A DNA stretch of 64,000 nucleotides. Origin: a virus (Duplodnaviria > Caudoviricetes). The DNA is taken from the IMG/VR virus record IMGVR_UViG_3300031555_003155; one strand, given 5' to 3'. Numbering within the stretch: the first letter of the stretch is position 1; every line of letters begins with the position of its first letter. Both the position numbers and the translations under genes were made by a program. The notes beneath the pieces were generated by a model. It did no database searches, was not told where the DNA came from, and saw nothing but the letters and a program-made list of their open reading frames with translations. Below, one piece after another: positions 59,041 to 64,000 of the stretch.

Positions 59041-59222
59041 TTGTAATGGTTTTGTCATTAAACGATGCATTGTTTGCAATGTCATGTATAATTTTAACCA
59101 TATGCGTAATATTAATGTGTAATATAAAAAAGTTAAATATCAATTCATTATTTATGATAATATTATTAACATGCACTATGGTAAGTATATATAATATAAT
59201 AATCTGGCTTTTAACTATTTAA
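59037..59222 (+). CDS. Small two-helix membrane protein
   Basis: Two hydrophobic segments, operonic position. Confidence 0.5.
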   Translation: MIVMVLSLNDALFAMSCIILTICVILMCNIKKLNINSLFMIILLTCTMVSIYNIIIWLLTI

Positions 59223-59237
59223 GTGAGGTGAACTAAA

Positions 59238-59711
59238 ATGATTTTTGGAAATACTTCTATACCGAAATATTCTAGCTCTAATGATACATTAGAGCATAAA
59301 TCTCATGTAAAGGAAAATATGAGAATACTTATTGATGAATTGATTTTGCGAGCAACAACGCATGATGATTCAAAATTAAAATCTCCGGAAAAAGAGATTT
59401 TTGATGAGTATACTCCAAAACTTAAAAATTCCACTTATATGTCTGATGAATATAAAGATTTTTTAAAAGAAATGAATGTCGCATTAGACCATCACTATAA
59501 ACATAATCCCCATCACCCAGAATACCACGATGATGGTATTCTTGGAATGACTTTAGTTGATTTGGTCGAAATGATTTGTGATTGGAAAGCCGCAAGCATG
59601 AGACATTCTAATGGGGACATAAAGGAATCTATTAAATGTAATAAAGATAGATTTGGTTATAGTTCAGAATTGGAACAGATTTTGTTAAATACTGTTAATA
59701 AATATTTTTAA
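59238..59711 (+). CDS. DUF5662-like HD-related protein
   Basis: HDDSKL..PE, HHYKHNPHHPEY, EMICDWKAA. Confidence 0.75.
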   Translation: MIFGNTSIPKYSSSNDTLEHKSHVKENMRILIDELILRATTHDDSKLKSPEKEIFDEYTPKLKNSTYMSDEYKDFLKEMNVALDHHYKHNPHHPEYHDDGILGMTLVDLVEMICDWKAASMRHSNGDIKESIKCNKDRFGYSSELEQILLNTVNKYF

Positions 59712-59724
59712 GGAGGGATTCCGT

Positions 59725-60348
59725 ATGAGTCAAATAGTTTATTTGTCACCAATAGCTGTAGAAAAACCGTTTCCTTTTTTAGAACACGGTGATTATAAAT
59801 ATTCTGAAAAAATTGCCAAAATTGTGGATAGGGAATTGCGTTCAAGAGGAATTTCCGTGTTTACTGCAGCTAAATCCACAGAAATAAATAAAAGAGATGA
59901 TGAGGCAGAAAAAATGAAGGCAACTTTGTTTTGTCACATTTCGCACAAATATGTTGAAGGTGGCTTTAAAATCCGAGCATCATATCCAGAAGACGACAGA
60001 GTGAGTAAAAACTGTGCAATACGAATTTATAAAGAAATAAGACGAAACAAATCACGTATCAAGGGTCTTGGCGTAAAATGTGAAACTGATCAGAATTTAT
60101 CAAACGTTATTCCATCGGTTAAAATAGAGATACTTTATCCATCCATCACAATATTTTCAGAAATAAAATCTACAGAAGTTATCGGGTGTGCTATAGCAAA
60201 AGCTATTCGCAGATATCTTGCTGATGACATTGAAATGAAGAGTGATAAAGTTTATAGAGTACAAGCTGCTGTGGGAACTAATAGAAGAGTAGCTGAAAAG
60301 TTTGCAAAAGAGCTTAAAGAAAAAGGTATTGACGCGTTTGTAATTTAA
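59725..60348 (+). CDS. Diverged Amidase_3-like protein with SPOR-like cell-wall-binding C-terminus
   Basis: IVYLSP, YSE, CHISH, PSVKIE; YRVQAAVGTNRRVAEKFAKELKEKGIDAFVI; next to holin. Confidence 0.6.
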   Translation: MSQIVYLSPIAVEKPFPFLEHGDYKYSEKIAKIVDRELRSRGISVFTAAKSTEINKRDDEAEKMKATLFCHISHKYVEGGFKIRASYPEDDRVSKNCAIRIYKEIRRNKSRIKGLGVKCETDQNLSNVIPSVKIEILYPSITIFSEIKSTEVIGCAIAKAIRRYLADDIEMKSDKVYRVQAAVGTNRRVAEKFAKELKEKGIDAFVI

Positions 60349-60391
60349 TATACATATATTTAATAAACATTTTGAGAGGAGTGTATATTAA

Positions 60392-60820
60392 ATGGATGGT
60401 AATTTTTTAAGCAACATTGATGTTCTTTTGGATAATGGTGGCAGTATTTTACTTCTCGCAATATTCTCATATCTCGCTGCACTAATTACTAAATTCATCA
60501 ATACTAAAAAGCAAGAAATTCTCGAAAAAACAAATAACGAGAAGATTGCTATGTTTGTATCGTATGCCGCAGATAATGCGGTAAAAGTAGTAGAATCGTT
60601 GAATGCTACTATTGTAAAAGAATACAGAGCTAAAGCTTCAGATGGAAAATTAACTGAAGAAGAAGTTGCAGAAATACGAAAAACTGCACTAGACATGATG
60701 CTCAATATGATGTCTGATGAAATGAAAGAAGTATTGACTAAAGTATTTGGTAATTTGGAAATATACATAACGAATTTAATTGAAAAAACATTGGTCGATA
60801 TAAAAAAGAACAATAAGTAA
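60392..60820 (+). CDS. Holin-like protein (LL-H-like)
   Basis: Single N-terminal TM, AVKVVE, DGKLTEEE, YITNLIE. Confidence 0.65.
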   Translation: MDGNFLSNIDVLLDNGGSILLLAIFSYLAALITKFINTKKQEILEKTNNEKIAMFVSYAADNAVKVVESLNATIVKEYRAKASDGKLTEEEVAEIRKTALDMMLNMMSDEMKEVLTKVFGNLEIYITNLIEKTLVDIKKNNK

Positions 60821-60889
60821 ATTCACAACCCACCTTAAATATAAAGGAATAATTTCATTTTATAATTATTCCTTTATATTTTTTTAAAG

Positions 60890-60899
60890 TATATATTAT
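60890..60899 (+). promoter_or_regulatory. Early-type promoter motif TATATATTAT
   Basis: Exact 10-mer upstream of 60940. Confidence 0.55.
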
Positions 60900-60939
60900 T
60901 ACTATACAATTAAAAAAAATAAAATAGGAGGAATTAAAT

Positions 60940-61482
60940 ATGGGTAAAAATCAAAAAAACAAAAAGAGAAATAATAAGAAAATTCAGGAGAAGGTTCAAT
61001 CCCAAAAGGCAGGAGTCTTAGAACAATCAAATTATAGATTGATTAGTCCATACTGGAATGCTGTAACTATTATTCTCGTAGACCATGTATTTAACCAATA
61101 TCAATGGAAACACCAAGTTATTGAAATGATAATGAATAATAAGGTTCCGATGGATATTGTTGATACAACAATGCTTATGGATGAAAATTATGACCAGGAG
61201 AAATACACAAGATGGGTTGCAAGAATGATGATGAAATCCGAAATAGTTTTATTCAATATTCATGCAACTGATGGAGTTTCTTCTGTCGATAAATTGAAAG
61301 AAAACTTCGAATCAGAAATGATTAAGAGTAAATATGTTATCGTCAGATTAGATCCTGATATGGACCATGAAATGTTGACTAAAGCAATAGAAATAATAAA
61401 TCAGTACGATAATGTTATATATATGACTAGTGATAAGAATTTGATTCAGTCGTTATTAGCATTATCTAAAGAACTTTTATAA
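60940..61482 (+). CDS. Hypothetical protein, possibly eroded nucleoside 2-deoxyribosyltransferase-like fold
   Basis: QWKHQVIEMI and YTRWVARMMMKSEIVLF echo the family spacing; basic N-terminal tail. Confidence 0.4.
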   Translation: MGKNQKNKKRNNKKIQEKVQSQKAGVLEQSNYRLISPYWNAVTIILVDHVFNQYQWKHQVIEMIMNNKVPMDIVDTTMLMDENYDQEKYTRWVARMMMKSEIVLFNIHATDGVSSVDKLKENFESEMIKSKYVIVRLDPDMDHEMLTKAIEIINQYDNVIYMTSDKNLIQSLLALSKELL

Positions 61483-61542
61483 TAATTATATTATTAGAGA
61501 TAGATATAAAAATATATCTATCTCTAATTTATTTTAGTTTTA

Positions 61543-61812
61543 TTGGTGGTGATATCTATGGGGAATGGTGATTTTGATACAAAAATTAAAATTGAAAAAT
61601 TTGCTGAAGAATTGGAAATCGAACTTAGAGAAATGCGCAGATTTGTTAAATTCTTAAATACTGATAAAAAATTTAATAAAGAATTAAAACAAGCATTATC
61701 GTTATTAGATGATAAATTAGAAAGTATTAAAAAGTCAAAATCTATAAAAGACGCGTCTAGTGTATTAAAGATTAAAAAATTAAATAAAGAGTTTGGTGAT
61801 AAGTATGTCTAA
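61543..61812 (+). CDS. Small coiled-coil hypothetical protein
   Basis: ORF track; likely start ATG 61558 after GGTGGTGA. Confidence 0.65.
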   Translation: MVVISMGNGDFDTKIKIEKFAEELEIELREMRRFVKFLNTDKKFNKELKQALSLLDDKLESIKKSKSIKDASSVLKIKKLNKEFGDKYV

Positions 61813-62332
61813 AAAGAATAAAGATAACTATATATACCTCGTTGGTAATGAAAAGGGCGTTAGAGGCTATTGCTGTGATAAAATTGATGCTAAAGAATTA
61901 ATATCGCAAAGAAAAGGAAATTATTCATATCTTAAGTTCGACCCCAATAAAAAGAATATAGATATGAATTCGTCAAATGAAGCTCTTAAAATATATGGTG
62001 TATTTTTATTTTCAGATGAAGAAGCATATTTTTTGGGCTCTTTTGAACAATATAAAATTGATTTAACAAGACATTTTGAAACTGGATTAAAATTATTATC
62101 ATATTTAAAATTTGATGATGATGAAAAAGAAATATTGAGACCATTACTTGAAGAAATCGCAGAATACATACATGCTATGAAGCATGGTACATTATATGAT
62201 GAAGATACGGGTACCGACATGCATTATTGGTCATATGCTAATGCGTTGCAATGGTTTATAGAAAATCTTTTATATAATGAGATTAAAAAGAATGTTAAAG
62301 TCAATAAAGAACTGGGTGGTGGTTATTATTAA
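61793..62332 (+). CDS. Hypothetical protein (family with 54565 and 62277)
   Basis: YIYLVGNEKGVRGYCCDK; likely start ATG 61805. Confidence 0.7.
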   Translation: MVISMSKKNKDNYIYLVGNEKGVRGYCCDKIDAKELISQRKGNYSYLKFDPNKKNIDMNSSNEALKIYGVFLFSDEEAYFLGSFEQYKIDLTRHFETGLKLLSYLKFDDDEKEILRPLLEEIAEYIHAMKHGTLYDEDTGTDMHYWSYANALQWFIENLLYNEIKKNVKVNKELGGGYY

Positions 62333-62804
62333 AATCTATTTAATATATAAAAAAGATAAATTTGTAGGACACACCACTGATAAACGGGCACTAGATCAAT
62401 TTTTAAAAATTCGCCCAAATAAATATAAAATAATAAAAGTATCTAAGAATAAAATAGATAAAAATATCCTTAATAGTAGTGAGTTTAAACAGACTGAGCT
62501 GGATTATTTCAGATATGAGTATGGTGCAGAAATATTATATAAATATCCATTATTTAATTATGAAATAGATATAGTTCACGATTCATTTAGGGATGATGTT
62601 ATGATATTAGACGCTTGCCTTACTAAACTTTGTGAAAAAATAGAATTTATAAAATTTAAAAAATTGGAATTTGATTTAATAATAACATCTTTTACTAAAA
62701 TATTAGAGACTATAGAGAATAGTATTTCTATAGAAGAGGAATTTTTATATGAAGATATATTTGATATCAATAAATATATCAAATATACTATTATAAATGA
62801 GTAA
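62277..62804 (+). CDS. Hypothetical protein (family with 54565 and 61793)
   Basis: KIYLIYKKDKFVGHTTDK; true start may be ATT near 62325-62328. Confidence 0.65.
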   Translation: MRLKRMLKSIKNWVVVIIKIYLIYKKDKFVGHTTDKRALDQFLKIRPNKYKIIKVSKNKIDKNILNSSEFKQTELDYFRYEYGAEILYKYPLFNYEIDIVHDSFRDDVMILDACLTKLCEKIEFIKFKKLEFDLIITSFTKILETIENSISIEEEFLYEDIFDINKYIKYTIINE

Positions 62805-62852
62805 ACGCCGAATAACATTATTATAAGAACCATTGAAAGAGGTGATATAATA

Positions 62853-63509
62853 ATGCGACTTCCGACAATAGAAAATTATGAAAATAATTTATTAATTACC
62901 AATATGGACATTCCGAAGGTTTCTCCTGTCGAGAAAACTTATGTTGTCATTAACGATAAAGACAAAATTAACTTAATTAAAACAGTTGAAAGGATAGTAC
63001 GTCGTTCATTGGAATATAAACAGTATATAAAATTTCTTAAAGATGAAATCGATATGACCTGTTGTTCTTTCTTCGAAAATGTTTCTTCAAAAAATAATAC
63101 GTCCATTGGTATCGAAATACATCATGAACCATTTACATTATTTGATATTACGCAGATAGTTGTTGAAAAATTCATTGACGAAGATAGAGAATTAAATCCA
63201 TTGTTAATCTCTGATGAAGTCATGAAACTTCATTATAAAGACATGGTCGGATTAATTCCACTATCAACAACTCCACATCAGTTAGTTCATGATGGAAAGT
63301 TATTTATTCCATTACAAAATGTATATGGAGACTATGTTAAATTCTTAAAAGAATATGCTCAGTATATTCCTAGTGAAATTAATAATATGCTGGAAATGAA
63401 ATTGAAATTGTCTAAAGACATTAACAATGCAGATACTTCTATACTTGAAAAGAGATATGTATATTTAACGGTAGAAGGATTTACATTACCACAAATTATA
63501 GAAAGATAA
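62853..63509 (+). CDS. HNH-like (His-Me finger) protein
   Basis: CSFF...IEIHH...LIPLSTTPHQLVH; AACA-N6-TA at 62814-62825. Confidence 0.55.
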   Translation: MRLPTIENYENNLLITNMDIPKVSPVEKTYVVINDKDKINLIKTVERIVRRSLEYKQYIKFLKDEIDMTCCSFFENVSSKNNTSIGIEIHHEPFTLFDITQIVVEKFIDEDRELNPLLISDEVMKLHYKDMVGLIPLSTTPHQLVHDGKLFIPLQNVYGDYVKFLKEYAQYIPSEINNMLEMKLKLSKDINNADTSILEKRYVYLTVEGFTLPQIIER

Positions 63510-63515
63510 TTATTT

Positions 63516-63552
63516 ATATCCGAATAACACTAAAAAATGTTATTCGGATATA
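63516..63552 (+). terminator. Terminator-like hairpin
   Basis: atatccgaataaca / tgttattcggatat. Confidence 0.65.
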
Positions 63553-63581
63553 TTTATGTTGTATCGAGGTGAATATAGATT

Positions 63582-64000
63582 ATGAGTCAAAAACTGATAC
63601 AAATATTCACAGACGGCGGAGCTTTTAAATATAAATCAATAGCTGTATCTGTTGGATTAATATGTATTGATGGGAAAAATGCTCTTACATTTAAAAAATT
63701 TATCGAGGGCAAAAATAGTAATTATTCCGAAATCTTTGCAATAAAGAAAGCCATATCAAGATCATATGGAATGATATCCCAAATGGATGATGATACCGAT
63801 TATTGTATTGAGGTATATACTGATTCATTAATATCTATCAATATAATCAATTCGGCATTATTAGGTGAAGAAATTAACTATGTATATGATTATTTAGTTA
63901 AAGAAATTGTGGAATTAATTAATAAGATTGGTGAAGATAAAATATCTTTTTTCCATATAAAATCGCACGTTGGTACCAAATGGATAAAACGAAATTATTA
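63582..64000 (+). CDS. rnhA: Ribonuclease HI (runs off window)
   Basis: Not in ORF track. GAGGTGA RBS, ATG 63582; IFTDGG, NSNYSEIFAI, VYTDS, FHIKSH. Confidence 0.85.
   Translation, partial: MSQKLIQIFTDGGAFKYKSIAVSVGLICIDGKNALTFKKFIEGKNSNYSEIFAIKKAISRSYGMISQMDDDTDYCIEVYTDSLISINIINSALLGEEINYVYDYLVKEIVELINKIGEDKISFFHIKSHVGTKWIKRNY

Noticed and set aside
1-64000. CRISPR array, tRNA or rRNA genes
   Set aside because: No repeat-spacer series or cloverleaf/T-loop signatures seen by eye in the short intergenic gaps; tRNAscan/CRISPR tools would be the formal test
1-64000. Stop-codon reassignment
   Set aside because: Code 11 gives near-complete coding density with intact very long ORFs, and TAG and TGA both end plausible genes
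1-64000. Nuclear shell (chimallin), tubulin, major capsid, terminase or portal genes
   Set aside because: No ORF showed motifs I could assign to these; they may lie outside the window

Overview
Strongly AT-rich, gene-dense segment of a jumbo myovirus genome of the phiKZ/AR9-like type (own multisubunit RNA polymerase), probably infecting a Firmicute (AGGAGG/AAAGGA Shine-Dalgarno sites; GH73, SPOR, SH3b, YdbC and LL-H-like holin genes). Standard code 11 fits. Structural and assembly genes: T4 gp21-like prohead protease, probable neck, gp25/gp6/gp27-like baseplate and tube-fold proteins, paralogous internal head proteins, and a 3685-aa tape measure protein with M23 and lysozyme-like domains. Other genes: split virion-type RNAP beta and beta' subunits, RusA, RNase H, double-domain ThyX, Dps, NADAR and lysis genes. 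Two recurring promoter motifs are visible: AACA-N6-TA (late-like) and TATATATTAT (early-like). Main leads: (1) a promoter-driven non-coding locus at about 54.25-54.52 kb with a hairpin overlapping a canonical G-quadruplex motif, a candidate R-loop-primed origin or ncRNA switch; (2) a stand-alone RuvC-less IS110/Nop-fold (TasA-like) gene under the early motif with no adjacent array; (3) an 1123-aa multi-enzyme polyprotein whose linkers carry prohead-protease-like x-x-E sites; (4) an unannotated -1 frameshift extension of the tail/hub chaperone; (5) several host-like enzymes with eroded active sites (SHMT, amidase, NAGPA-like, NDT-like). All family calls are by-eye motif recognition; no searches were run.
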